A stretch of 64,000 nt of DNA from Candidatus Sericytochromatia bacterium. GTDB taxonomy: Bacteria > Cyanobacteriota > Sericytochromatia > S15B-MN24 > VGJW01. The notes beneath the pieces are model-generated. The model had not been told where the DNA came from and did not search any database. It saw nothing but the letters and a program-made list of their open reading frames with translations. A program made the position numbers and the translations under genes. Position 1 is the stretch's first letter. Each line of letters begins with the position of its first letter. The stretch is from the NCBI GenBank assembly GCA_035285865.1, contig JAYKHS010000028.1, positions 1 through 64,000 on the forward strand. The letters run 5' to 3'. Below are positions 45,217 to 55,092 of the stretch, in pieces.

Positions 45217-45870
45217 TCAGCGCACGCCGGCCATGGCGTCCGACATCCGGACCAGGCGATGTTCGGTGCCTTCGATGCCCAGCAAGGTCCGCTTGACCAG
45301 GTTCAGGGCGCGCAGTTCGGCTGGCGAAGGACGGCCAAAGGGGCTGCTGTAGAGATCCTCGTGCAGGGCCTTCATCTCGAGGGCGAGCAGACCATGGCGT
45401 TCGAGCGCCCGCTCGGTCACGGTCTGGGCGACGCCCATGGCCTTGCGTCCGTCCGGCATCGGGATGCCTGCCTCGGCGTGCCGGATGGCCTCGAGCACAC
45501 CTTGCATGTCGGTACGGATGTCCGCCAGAAGACCGATGCCGGTGAGCATGCGCGTCATCCGCATGTCCTCGTCCGCCTCTTCGCCGGGATCGGGGTAGGT
45601 CGCCGGCAGTATTTCCGCCAGGGCGGCCTTGAGCGTTCGGGTGTCTCGCTCTGCATCCGCGATGACCTGCAGCACCTGGCTCCTCAGCGCCGCGAGGCCC
45701 GGGTCTCGACGGCCAATCGAGAGGCTGTCGGGGCGAAGCGTGCTGCTGGTGCGTGCACGAGGGGTGCCGTCCGTGGTGCGCTCCGAGGTGGTCGGGGCCG
45801 TGGTCGGGGAACCGATGAAAAAGGAAAGCAAGGTCTTACTCCGAACAGTGTCATTGGCCTGGACGGCCAT
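45217..45870 (-). CDS. Hypothetical protein
   Basis: Ser/Thr-rich N-terminus followed by a helical region; fills the space between neighbouring genes. Confidence 0.55.
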   Translation of the reverse strand: MAVQANDTVRSKTLLSFFIGSPTTAPTTSERTTDGTPRARTSSTLRPDSLSIGRRDPGLAALRSQVLQVIADAERDTRTLKAALAEILPATYPDPGEEADEDMRMTRMLTGIGLLADIRTDMQGVLEAIRHAEAGIPMPDGRKAMGVAQTVTERALERHGLLALEMKALHEDLYSSPFGRPSPAELRALNLVKRTLLGIEGTEHRLVRMSDAMAGVR

Positions 45871-45961
45871 ACCGGAGTGTCGCGCGCCTCGCACCGCTTC
45901 GTGCGGCATCCTTGGCCAAGGCAGGGTTAAGCGACGCCCAAGGAATGTTGAACGGGCTGCG

Positions 45962-47518
45962 TCAGGAGCTGCAGGACAGAGTGGCGCAACCGGGCGTGTC
46001 GTCGGCCCATCGCGGGGGCTTCGCCATCAGGTCTGCGATGTCGCCGCGCTCCGTCCACGGGTCTCGCATGGCTTCGGCAAGACGTGCCAGGGGCCGCGTG
46101 TCTCCACCTTCCGCCGCACGGATGACCTCGAGCAGGAGATGGTTCCGCGGCAGCAGGATCGGGTTGCTTCGGTCCATGACGGCCCGACGTTCCGCCGTTG
46201 GCCACGCATCCTCCCGGACGCGGGCCTGCCATCGCGCGACCCAGGTGGCAAGCGCTTCCCGAGCCTTGTCCTCGGCCTCTGACGGCAGGGCGTCGTCCAT
46301 GGACTCCGCCCGGAATGCCTCGTGAGGGTCCACGCGCCCGAGGAGCCGATGGAATAGGGTCCGGTCGGCCCGGGATGTCTCCAGCATGGTCCACATGGCC
46401 TCGATCAGCGCATCGTCCTCGGCCCCGCGGTGCACGGCCAGGCCTAGTTTGGCGGCCATCCCGGCACGGTCCAGATCGGCATAACTGCGCTGGTACGCTT
46501 CGAGGCCCGCCTCGAGTTCCTTCAGGTCTAGACCGAGCGGCAGCAGGGCTTCGGCCAGGCGGGCGAGGTTCCATCCCGCGATGAGAGGCTGTCGAGCATA
46601 GCAGTAACGCCTGCCGGCGAAGTCCGTCGTGTTGGGCGTGAAGGCCGGATCGTAGGCGGACAGCCAGCCGAAGGGTCCGTAGTCGATGGTCAGCCCCAGG
46701 ATGCTCATGTTGTCGGTGTTCATCACGCCATGGACAAACCCCAGATGCATCCACCGCACGACCATGGCTGCCGTACGGCGACAGACCTCGTGGAACAGCG
46801 CCGTCCAGCCTTCACGTCCGGGCGCGCCCAGGCCCGGGTAGAGCCGATTCAGGACATGGTTGACAAGGGCTTCGAGTTGTTCGGTTTCCTGATGAGCGGC
46901 AAGGATCTGGAAGTGGCCGAAGCGAACGAACGAGGGTGCCACGCGGGTCACGACGGCACCGGGCTCGTGCCGGGGATGGCCATCGTAGAACATGTCCCGG
47001 ATGACGGGCTCTCCCGTGGCGACGAGGGCGAGGGAGCGCGTGGTGGGGACGCCCAGAGCGGCCATGGCTTCGCTGCAGAGGTGTTCCCGAATCGAGGAGC
47101 GCAGCACGGCGCGCCCGTCGGCATGGCGCGAGTAGGGCGTGCGACCGGCTCCCTTGAGCTGCAGGTCCTGCATGGTGCCAGCCACGTCCCGGAGTGCGCC
47201 GATGACCGTTGCCCTGCCGTCCCCCAGTTGTCCGGCCCACGTGCCGAATTGATGGCCGCCGTAGCGTGCGGCCCAGGGCATGGGGGCACCCGGGTCGAGC
47301 CGACCACCCAGTTGGGCGATGGTTTCAGCGTCCGGTTCCGCCAGGCCCAGGCTGTCGGCGAGCGGGCCGGACCAGTCGAGCAGCACGGGTGCCGGTGGAG
47401 GTTCAGGAGGCGCAGGCGACCAGATCACGTCTCGGACCTGGCGCGGCTCCGGCAGGACGTGGTCTTCTCCGGGCAGATCCGTGGCAAAAGGTGAGGGTTG
47501 GAGCGGCAGGTACGGCAC
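45962..47518 (-). CDS. selO: Protein adenylyltransferase SelO/YdiU
   Basis: YGGHQFG, QLGDGR, QLKGAGRTPYSR, DGRAVLRSSIRE, HGVMNTDN, TIDYGPF, C-terminal SCSS. Confidence 0.95.
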   Translation of the reverse strand: MPYLPLQPSPFATDLPGEDHVLPEPRQVRDVIWSPAPPEPPPAPVLLDWSGPLADSLGLAEPDAETIAQLGGRLDPGAPMPWAARYGGHQFGTWAGQLGDGRATVIGALRDVAGTMQDLQLKGAGRTPYSRHADGRAVLRSSIREHLCSEAMAALGVPTTRSLALVATGEPVIRDMFYDGHPRHEPGAVVTRVAPSFVRFGHFQILAAHQETEQLEALVNHVLNRLYPGLGAPGREGWTALFHEVCRRTAAMVVRWMHLGFVHGVMNTDNMSILGLTIDYGPFGWLSAYDPAFTPNTTDFAGRRYCYARQPLIAGWNLARLAEALLPLGLDLKELEAGLEAYQRSYADLDRAGMAAKLGLAVHRGAEDDALIEAMWTMLETSRADRTLFHRLLGRVDPHEAFRAESMDDALPSEAEDKAREALATWVARWQARVREDAWPTAERRAVMDRSNPILLPRNHLLLEVIRAAEGGDTRPLARLAEAMRDPWTERGDIADLMAKPPRWADDTPGCATLSCSS

Positions 47519-47527
47519 GACGGGATC

Positions 47528-48937
47528 CTAGCGCTTCCAGAGGTTTCGCCACCACGGCTCCGGCGTCGCGGTGGTCCCGAGGCCGGCGTCGCGCCTCAGC
47601 TTGGCGGTCGACCATCCTGTCAGGTTGGCGGCCGTGCGAATCTCCTCTTCCTGACGTCGCCGCAGGGAGTCCTTGTAGGTCTTGCCCTCGGGGCATGCGG
47701 CGGGCCCTGTGAAGGGGTGCTGGAGGACGAAGCGGACCTGGAAGTTCTCGCGATCCCGGGTCTCCTGGAAGATCAGGTCTTCGGGAAAGGTTTCGGCCGA
47801 ATAGCGGACGTGCAGGCGGGTTACCACCGCATCCACGGGACCGCCGCCCGGCACGGGCACGCGCCGACGGCCCGGGATCAAGCCGGGGCGTGTGTTCTCG
47901 GCACTCTCGTCGTCCAGCCACCATACGCCCAGCTGGCGAAGCTGGTCGGCGGAGAGCGGGTCCGCGGCGCAGGGATCGCACCACCCCATGTCCCAGAAGT
48001 GCTCGGTGAAGACTGCGCGCTGGTCTTCACGCTTCCACGCCGTCTCGAACATGGCCTTGTAGAACGCCTTGAAGTCCTTCTTCAGATGGACGGGAATCGT
48101 CTTGCCGGTCGGCAACTTCACCGTTCGATAGTTGGTGGTCTCGACGCGACCCTTTCGGGTGATCGCGTAGACCAGCATGTCCTGGGGGCCCTTGGCGTTG
48201 GCCATGCCCAGCCGGATGGGCAACATGAACTTCGGGCTCTCGAAGGCGAACTGCAGGGGCCGGAGGTGCTGCAGGCCGGTCTTGGCCTGTTCGCCCAGGT
48301 TGACCTTGGCGACGAAGAACTTGTGTCCGGTGCGGATGTAGGGTGCCAGCGCCCTTCGCGCCTTTGGGGGGATTCGGTAGCCGTTCTGGCGCAGCCAGGT
48401 CTCGAGGCCCGTGGACTCCCGGGCCGACAGGATCAGGATGTCGTATTCGCCGACGGTATATTGCGCCTCGATGACGACGCCAAGCTCGGCTGACTTGCGC
48501 GCGCTGCCAGCCATCGGGGCCGCTCCTGGGGCCGAGGACATGCGTTCATCCAGCATCCCCCTGCGGCGGATGTCATTGCAGGGATCGTCGTCGAAGTACT
48601 CGACGAGGCGCGGGGCCGTGAAGGCGTCCAGATGATCGAACACGGCGCGTTCGGCTACGTTGATCTGTTCGCGTTGCAGCACGGCGGGTACCGGCACGAC
48701 CATGGCGAACTCCTTGAGCGGTCCCTTGTAGTCGCTGGCCATGCCGATCACGGTGCGGTTGCCTTCCCGGACCATCACCACCCGCGAGGTCTCGTTGTAG
48801 AGGGAGGCATCCGCCTTGGCCACATAGAACCCGCAGAAAGCGCGGGCCTCAGGCGGTGCGGCAAGGCTGGCCGCGACCAGGAGGGCTGCGAGCAGGGCGG
48901 GGCGACGGCGCTCAGGCCGGGGCGACGACGGGGGCAT
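47528..48937 (-). CDS. DUF2330 domain protein
   Basis: Signal peptide then AFCGFYV, FAMVVPVP, APRLVEY, WLRQNGY, MLPIRLG. Confidence 0.85.
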   Translation of the reverse strand: MPPSSPRPERRRPALLAALLVAASLAAPPEARAFCGFYVAKADASLYNETSRVVMVREGNRTVIGMASDYKGPLKEFAMVVPVPAVLQREQINVAERAVFDHLDAFTAPRLVEYFDDDPCNDIRRRGMLDERMSSAPGAAPMAGSARKSAELGVVIEAQYTVGEYDILILSARESTGLETWLRQNGYRIPPKARRALAPYIRTGHKFFVAKVNLGEQAKTGLQHLRPLQFAFESPKFMLPIRLGMANAKGPQDMLVYAITRKGRVETTNYRTVKLPTGKTIPVHLKKDFKAFYKAMFETAWKREDQRAVFTEHFWDMGWCDPCAADPLSADQLRQLGVWWLDDESAENTRPGLIPGRRRVPVPGGGPVDAVVTRLHVRYSAETFPEDLIFQETRDRENFQVRFVLQHPFTGPAACPEGKTYKDSLRRRQEEEIRTAANLTGWSTAKLRRDAGLGTTATPEPWWRNLWKR

Positions 48938-49739
48938 CGGGATGGCCTCGCAGGGATGAGGGCGGCACGGGCCACTGATGGCGCGTTGCCCGGAGCAGAC
49001 GATCGAGGACGGGGACGAGCGGTGTACACAGGACGAGCGCCACGACAGGGCCGTGCGGACGGTAAAGGCCGTACTGCCAGAAGAATGCGACCAGCGCCAC
49101 GATGGCGGCGTGCATGAATCTGGCCCATCGGTGATCAGGCGTGGTGCGCGGGTCGGAAATCATGAAAAACGCGAACAGGATGAGCGAGCCGGTGGTGAAT
49201 TGATGGCCGAGCACGCCCCAGTTCTGCCCCAGCCAGCCGATCCGCCCGGCGCAGAGGGCAGACCAGCAAGCGAGGAAGCCGAGCGCGCTGTCCATGCGTC
49301 CGGCGCGCAGCGTGACACCCGTGCCCAACATCAGGATCCAGCCGGCCAGGATCCACGCGTGCCCCCACTGGCCGGGTGAGGTCCACGCACCCGGGAGCAG
49401 TGCCATGGCGACGACGACACCCAAGTTGGCCGGATTGAAGAGAGCCTTGTCCTGCCAACGCAGCGTGAACTTGGCCACGATGCCCAGCGTGGCACAGAGC
49501 GGATGAACCCAGAGGTTGTCCGCCCGGACAAGCAGGCTGAGGCCGAGGCCGGTAATGGCTGCGCTGGCCATATTCCTGCCCTTGCCCAGAAGGCCCTGCC
49601 AGGCAAGGGCCGTAGCGAGGCACAGGAGCACTTGCACCGGCTGCAGGGAAAAGTCTCGGACCAGCACGCCGAAGAGCAGCAGGGATCCAAGGAAAGTCAG
49701 TTGCAGGATCCTGGGGTCTTCGTGATGCAGCATCACCAC
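48912..49739 (-). CDS. RnfD/NqrB-like membrane protein
   Basis: DPRILQ, SAAITGL, LFNPANLG, SPGQWG, FFMISDPRTTP. Confidence 0.75.
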   Translation of the reverse strand: MVMLHHEDPRILQLTFLGSLLLFGVLVRDFSLQPVQVLLCLATALAWQGLLGKGRNMASAAITGLGLSLLVRADNLWVHPLCATLGIVAKFTLRWQDKALFNPANLGVVVAMALLPGAWTSPGQWGHAWILAGWILMLGTGVTLRAGRMDSALGFLACWSALCAGRIGWLGQNWGVLGHQFTTGSLILFAFFMISDPRTTPDHRWARFMHAAIVALVAFFWQYGLYRPHGPVVALVLCTPLVPVLDRLLRATRHQWPVPPSSLRGHPDAPVVAPA

Positions 49740-49770
49740 GCGGCGCAGCCCTCCGACGACGAGGGCAAGT

Positions 49771-50619
49771 CTAGATGCCGCAGTTCGAACAATCCTCGAT
49801 GGCCGGGACCACGGGATCCAGCGTCACGCCGACCTGGGTCCTGTCCGTGGAGACCCCTTCGTCCAGCACGAGGTTGAGCGCGATCGGGGAAGCACCCGAC
49901 CCGGAACTCACGATGGCGTCCGTGTAGCCGAGGACCTTGCGCTTGGTTGCATCGGGATGCGCATCCCAGGCCACCGCGAACGCCAGATAGCGGTGGGCAC
50001 CAGTGCCGTCATCCGCCGCGAGGTTTCCGAAGCGCAAGTTCGAGGGAGCACCTCCGCTCTGGAGCAGCGACTCGCCATCCAGAAAGTCACGGATCATGTA
50101 GCGCCGGGGTTCGATGCGGTACTTGTTGGAGTTGCCCAGATCCAGATAGGCGTTGCCGGCGAGGCTGTCACTGGGATGGCGGGTCGAGCCGTAGCTGCTC
50201 GGTGTACCCAGGATGGCGGGCAGGGCGGCTGCGTGAGGGCCGCTGAACCAGTCGTAGGTTCCGGACTGCAACTGCGAAGCAGTGGAGCCGTTCTGGTAGC
50301 TGCCGACCACGTACCAGCCGAGGCGTGCCACTTCGTTTGCCGAAGTGCCGAAGTCGAAGACGCCGGCCATGACCTTGCCGATGCCCAGATCGCTGGCCAG
50401 TCCCTGCGCCTTGCGCACGGTCGGCACGCCCAAGGCGAGGTCGACGGAGAAGGTGCCGGCAGATGCGGCCCTGACTTCATCACGCGCCGCCCGTGTTTCC
50501 GTAACCCCTGGACGGTCGCCAGGCACTCTCTGCTGCAGGGGTAACGCGGCACACCCCGCAGTCGCCGCGATGAGGCCGACGAGGCTCAGTGCACGCCCGG
50601 AGACATGGGGTCGGTTCAT
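49771..50619 (-). CDS. Hypothetical lipoprotein
   Basis: TAGC lipobox; C-terminal CSNC. Confidence 0.6.
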   Translation of the reverse strand: MNRPHVSGRALSLVGLIAATAGCAALPLQQRVPGDRPGVTETRAARDEVRAASAGTFSVDLALGVPTVRKAQGLASDLGIGKVMAGVFDFGTSANEVARLGWYVVGSYQNGSTASQLQSGTYDWFSGPHAAALPAILGTPSSYGSTRHPSDSLAGNAYLDLGNSNKYRIEPRRYMIRDFLDGESLLQSGGAPSNLRFGNLAADDGTGAHRYLAFAVAWDAHPDATKRKVLGYTDAIVSSGSGASPIALNLVLDEGVSTDRTQVGVTLDPVVPAIEDCSNCGI

Positions 50620-50649
50620 ATCGTCGACATGCCCGGCAGCCTGAGGTTT

Positions 50650-51597
50650 CTACCGAAGCTCGGAGAAGTCGTCCATGGCCCACGCCGACAACACGCGCCC
50701 CGTCGGCCACAAGCCGATGATGTGTCGCGAACGTCCCGATGGCGTGTACTTGTGGGCGAGGAAGCCATCCTCGGTCTGCCAGCTGCCGAGGATGGCATTG
50801 GGACCTCCCAGAACCCGATCAATCTCCGGCAGAGCGTCAAGTTTCCTTGTCTCAGGCTCGTAGGCGTGGAGGCCACGGGCCGACTCGAGGAGCAGCCGTC
50901 GTCCTGAAGGCGACATGCTGCAAGAGCGAATCGGGCCGAGGTCTCCCGTCCGCATGGTCCGGATCCGGCCGTCCTCGATGTCGACGAGGGCCACCTCGCC
51001 GCGTCGGTTGCGCACGAGTATTGTCCTGATCTCCGCGTCTCCCCAGGCTTCGGCGAGGCCTCCGCCCGGTGCCGCCCAGGCGGCTACGGTTGGCAGACGT
51101 GTCGTCCGGCCGCGCAGGGGCCAAGGACCGTGGTCGGGCCTGGGCACGCGGTGCCAGAGGCACAGCTGGTCCGGACCGTGGAAGGCGAGGCGCTTGCCGT
51201 CCGTCGAGACGGAGACACCCGAGAGGTTTCGCCCCGGCTCGCCCTCGATCAGGATGTTCCGGGCCGCAAGCATGTCCCATGCCAGAATCCGTCCGTCCCG
51301 GTCGTGGAAGATGAAGTTCTCCGGCGGGGGGCCGAGGACCGGATTGCCGATACCGCTGCCTGTGCCGCTGATGCGCAGGCATTCGGCCCGCCGAGGAAGC
51401 AGCAGGTACAGATTGGAGGCCGTGTCTGCCACGAAGGGCACCGTGGTGTCGAAAATTCCCGTCGGGCTGGGCTGGCTAGCCTCGGACACCGGGTCGTGAG
51501 CGTCGGCAGGGAGGGGCATGGTTCCATCCCCGGGGCCTGCCGCGCACGCAACCATCGCAAGTAGCCCCACGTGGCGCAGGGTGCAGGGACGCAGCAT
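50650..51597 (-). CDS. Hypothetical lipoprotein, beta-propeller-like
   Basis: MVAC lipobox; SVSTDGKRLAF and SMSPSGRRLLL motifs. Confidence 0.55.
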   Translation of the reverse strand: MLRPCTLRHVGLLAMVACAAGPGDGTMPLPADAHDPVSEASQPSPTGIFDTTVPFVADTASNLYLLLPRRAECLRISGTGSGIGNPVLGPPPENFIFHDRDGRILAWDMLAARNILIEGEPGRNLSGVSVSTDGKRLAFHGPDQLCLWHRVPRPDHGPWPLRGRTTRLPTVAAWAAPGGGLAEAWGDAEIRTILVRNRRGEVALVDIEDGRIRTMRTGDLGPIRSCSMSPSGRRLLLESARGLHAYEPETRKLDALPEIDRVLGGPNAILGSWQTEDGFLAHKYTPSGRSRHIIGLWPTGRVLSAWAMDDFSELR

Positions 51598-51726
51598 CGG
51601 GTCCCATGATCCGGGTGAGAACCTCCCCCTGTCCCTGCTCCATCTGACGACCTTTGCCGTCTGATCCGGTAGGGCCCTGCCCTGCCGGGGTACAATCGGG
51701 CGCTTTCGTGCGCGTCAGGAGGCTGC

Positions 51727-52698
51727 ATGATGTCCGCAATCGCCCCTTCCATCCCGGTGGTGCGCCTGGAGGATTACCGCGGTTCGGATCCGGTGCGGCG
51801 TGCCCGGTTCGTGCAGGCCCTCGGGGCAGGCCTCGAGCACTACGGCTTCGTCACGCTGGATGGTCACGGCGTGGACCACGCGCTCATTCGCAAAGCCTAT
51901 GGCCTGTTCGCCGAGTTCTTCGCGTTGCCCGAGGAGCTCAAGCTCACCTATGCCGGGGTCGAGGGCGGCCAGCGCGGTTACACCCCTTACGGCCGTGAAC
52001 ACGCCAAGGACAATCCTGTCGGCGATCTCAAGGAGTTCTGGCACGTGGGCCGGGACTTGCCCGAGCAGCATCCTTACCACGGCCACTACCCGGCGAACGT
52101 CTGGCCGAGGGAAGTGCCCGAGTTGGCCGAGACCATGCGCATGCTCTATGGCCAGCTGGATGCCTGCGTCTCCTCGCTGCTCGAGGCCCTCGCCGACTAT
52201 TTCGGCCTGGCGCGCCGTGCGTTTGCCGACATGGTCGTGGACGGCAATTCAATCATGCGGGCCATCCACTATCCCCCCGTGGTCGGGACCATTCCGCCCG
52301 GGGCCGTGCGCGCAGCCGCCCACGAGGACATCAACATCATCACGTTGCTCTGCGAGGCCACGTCATCGGGGCTCGAGCTCCTGACACGGGACGGCGATTG
52401 GCTGCCCATCTCGGCACTCGAGGGCCAGATCGTCGTCGACTCGGGCGACATGCTTCAGCGCGTCACCAACGGCCGGATTCCCGCCACCACCCACCGTGTC
52501 GTCAATCCTGACGACGGGCACCAAGGAGCGCGCTACTCGATGCCGTTCTTCGTGCATCCGTACAGCGCTTGCGATCTGTCCGTCCTCGATGCCTTCGTCA
52601 CCCCGGAGCAACCCGCGAAGTGGGCCCCGATCACGGCCGATGCCTACCTGAAGGAACGGTTGCGGCAGATCGGCCTGATGCGGGGCCCCGTGATGTAG
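51727..52698 (+). CDS. Isopenicillin N synthase-like 2OG-Fe(II) oxygenase
   Basis: GQRGY, DLKEFWH, HYPP, AAHEDIN, THRV, RYSMPFF; AGGAGG RBS. Confidence 0.92.
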   Translation: MMSAIAPSIPVVRLEDYRGSDPVRRARFVQALGAGLEHYGFVTLDGHGVDHALIRKAYGLFAEFFALPEELKLTYAGVEGGQRGYTPYGREHAKDNPVGDLKEFWHVGRDLPEQHPYHGHYPANVWPREVPELAETMRMLYGQLDACVSSLLEALADYFGLARRAFADMVVDGNSIMRAIHYPPVVGTIPPGAVRAAAHEDINIITLLCEATSSGLELLTRDGDWLPISALEGQIVVDSGDMLQRVTNGRIPATTHRVVNPDDGHQGARYSMPFFVHPYSACDLSVLDAFVTPEQPAKWAPITADAYLKERLRQIGLMRGPVM

Positions 52699-52708
52699 CC
52701 TTCGGAAA

Positions 52709-53089
52709 TCAGTCGACAGGCGTTCCGGCCGCGGCCCACGCTTTCAGCATCGCGATCTGGTCCGGGGTGATGGAGCCCGGCTTGCGGGGCGGCATGCGGC
52801 CGCTCTCGATGGCGGCGACCAGCCGGTCGATGTTGCCGGAGATGGCCTCCGTCCGGGGCGTGCCATCCTTCTCGAACATCGGCAACGGCGCGAAGAGGCG
52901 GCCGGCGTTGTGACAGGAGGCGCAGTTGTTCTTCAGCAGAGGCACCACGTCCTTCTGGAAGGAGGGAGCCTGCTGGCGGGCGCGCAGAACCGTGGTCGGT
53001 GCCTGGCGCAGTCCGGGTTGGGCGCCGCAGCCGGCAATCAGGACGGGCAGGACGAGCAGGGCACGGGTGGCGTGAGTCATAAAGGACAT
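52709..53089 (-). CDS. Monoheme cytochrome c lipoprotein
   Basis: IAGC lipobox; SFQKDVVPLL..CASCH; RMPP; LKAW. Confidence 0.8.
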   Translation of the reverse strand: MSFMTHATRALLVLPVLIAGCGAQPGLRQAPTTVLRARQQAPSFQKDVVPLLKNNCASCHNAGRLFAPLPMFEKDGTPRTEAISGNIDRLVAAIESGRMPPRKPGSITPDQIAMLKAWAAAGTPVD

Positions 53090-53190
53090 CAGTGTTCTCC
53101 GGAAAGGTCTCAGCGAGGACAGGAGAACAGTAACAAGGCCTTGGGGTGTTAATGAATATTTTGTTTATGGATTGTTTCGATTTTGTTTTT

Positions 53191-54270
53191 TCAGGGCTGT
53201 CCGAGGCCGATCTCGGCCACCAGTTGTCCTCCGCTCAGGTCGAGGCGCGACAGCGGCCACGCCGGGTCGGAGAGCGAGGCAATCGGCAGACGGATGCCAT
53301 CCTTGGTGACGTCCGCTTCGATGTCCTGAGCACGCAGCTGGTTGCGGATCGCGTCCCACAAGGCGCGGATGGGGATGTCGGGCTTGAGGATCAGGTGACG
53401 GCCGGTGGTGCGTGCGGTCAGCCCCAACTGCAGCCGTGCGTTGCCGGCGCCGGGCACAAGCGGGCCCAGAATCGCCCCCAGGCCAGGCAGCACGGTGCCT
53501 TCCAGGCGCCACTGGCCCTGGCCCGGCTGCAGGCGTTCGATGGTGATGGCACCGCTCAGGCGGCGCGCGAGCATCTCGCCCACGAGGGCCGGGTCCAGCC
53601 GCACCTGAGCCTTACGGTCGCCACTGACGGCCGGAAGGGCCCCGGGGGTGGCCAGCACGAGTCGGTCCGGACCTTCCGCCCGGATCTCGGGATCGCCTTC
53701 GAACGTGACGCCGGGAAGGATGGCCGTCAGCGGCATTTCGAAGGCTTTCTCGGCTGGATTCCAAGCCACCGGACGACCTCGGGCAGCGGCATCGCGTGCG
53801 GCCTTGGCCATGATTCGGTTGTCGAACCAACCCGGTCCGGGATGCCGGAACTCGCTCACGACGAGGCGAACCATCTGGCCGCGGACGGCCGGTCGTCCGT
53901 CGATGCGGAAGGGAACCCGGACCAGACCGCCGAACATTCGGTAACGACCGGCCAGGACGAAACTCTTGCCGTCCGGAGCAAAGGTCATCGACGTTTCCTC
54001 GAGGCCTCTCTGGGCCCGCAGCATCTGGTTGACGGCGCGTTCCACGAGGACCCGCGACAACTCGATGCCACCTCCGATCCTCAAGTTGCCCGGTCCGGCC
54101 GTCCGGACCCGGAGGTCGGCATCCCGAACCGTTGCCCGCCAGTCCGGACTCAGGACCGGCAGCGTCAAGGTCGGTGCGTTGCCCTTGCGAGGGCGCGCAC
54201 GACCCGAGGGCCCGCGTGGTGGCGGGGCCGCAAGAAATCGGGACAGATCACGGACAAGGGGTCGGGGCAT
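53191..54270 (-). CDS. Hypothetical protein (extended beta-rich)
   Basis: Long ORF with host-like codon usage; start uncertain. Confidence 0.5.
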   Translation of the reverse strand: MPRPLVRDLSRFLAAPPPRGPSGRARPRKGNAPTLTLPVLSPDWRATVRDADLRVRTAGPGNLRIGGGIELSRVLVERAVNQMLRAQRGLEETSMTFAPDGKSFVLAGRYRMFGGLVRVPFRIDGRPAVRGQMVRLVVSEFRHPGPGWFDNRIMAKAARDAAARGRPVAWNPAEKAFEMPLTAILPGVTFEGDPEIRAEGPDRLVLATPGALPAVSGDRKAQVRLDPALVGEMLARRLSGAITIERLQPGQGQWRLEGTVLPGLGAILGPLVPGAGNARLQLGLTARTTGRHLILKPDIPIRALWDAIRNQLRAQDIEADVTKDGIRLPIASLSDPAWPLSRLDLSGGQLVAEIGLGQP

Positions 54271-54344
54271 GGCTTCAGGACTTGTCGGGTCCTGACCACC
54301 CGTGCTGGTGTGTACCCGGTTTGTCTTCCGGCGTATTTTTGATG

Positions 54345-54361
54345 AAAAAAGCCTTAAGGCT
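54345..54361 (-). terminator. Putative intrinsic terminator of msrA
   Basis: Minus strand AGCC-TTAA-GGCT followed by a T-run. Confidence 0.45.
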
Positions 54362-54368
54362 CCCGAGC

Positions 54369-54917
54369 CTACCGCTCCTTGAGCCGACTGAGGAATTGCT
54401 TGCGGAACTTGGCGACCTTGGGCGCGATGACGGCCACGCAATAGGGCTGCGCCGGGTTCCTCGCCGCGTAATCCTGGTGGTAGGTCTCTGCCGGGTGAAA
54501 GACCGTCAGGGGCTTGACCTCGGTCACGAGCGGGTCCGGCCAGATGCGGGCGGCGCGTATGCTGGCCATGACCTCGCGCGCCGTGCGCTCCTGGGAGGCG
54601 TCATGCGTCAGGATGATCGACCGGTACTGGGTGCCGGAGTCGGCCCCTTGTCTATTCAGCGTGGTCGGGTCATGGACGGTGAAGAACACCTCGAGCAGAT
54701 CCCGGTAGGTAATTCGGGCCGGGTCGAAGTCGATGCGGACGACCTCGGCGTGGCCCGTGCGGCCTGAGCACACGTCTTTGTAGGTCGGATCGGGCGTGTG
54801 GCCACCGGCATATCCGGACACCACGGTCCGGACTCCCTTGAGCTCGCGAAAGACAGCGTCAAGGCACCAGAAACAGCCGCCGCCGAGCGTGGCCGAGGCC
54901 AGCAGAATACCCGTCAT
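54369..54917 (-). CDS. msrA: Peptide-methionine (S)-S-oxide reductase
   Basis: GGGCFWC, SGYAGG, TGHAE, HDPT, QYRS, AETYHQDY. Confidence 0.96.
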   Translation of the reverse strand: MTGILLASATLGGGCFWCLDAVFRELKGVRTVVSGYAGGHTPDPTYKDVCSGRTGHAEVVRIDFDPARITYRDLLEVFFTVHDPTTLNRQGADSGTQYRSIILTHDASQERTAREVMASIRAARIWPDPLVTEVKPLTVFHPAETYHQDYAARNPAQPYCVAVIAPKVAKFRKQFLSRLKER

Positions 54918-55011
54918 GTCGTTTCTTTCCTCGGGCAGCTCGTTTCCGGGGGGCGGGCGACCCGGGCCCACGAGCAGGCTTGTGTCAATAGCGTATCATG
55001 GGAGCTGTCCC

Positions 55012-55092
55012 GGGGGTGTGGCGGAATGGCAGACGCATCCGACTCAAAATCGGACGCCGCAAGGCATGTGGGTTCGACTCCCACCACCCCCA
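55012..55092 (+). tRNA. tRNA-Leu(CAA)
   Basis: Acceptor GGGGGTG/CACCCCC, discriminator A; anticodon stem TCCGA/TCGGA with loop CTCAAAA; long variable arm; GTGGG-TTCGACT-CCCAC; CCA not fully encoded. Confidence 0.95.

Noticed and set aside
53090..53190. AT-rich stretch as an ncRNA or foreign DNA
   Set aside because: Short, no stable structure seen; best explained as the cytochrome c promoter region
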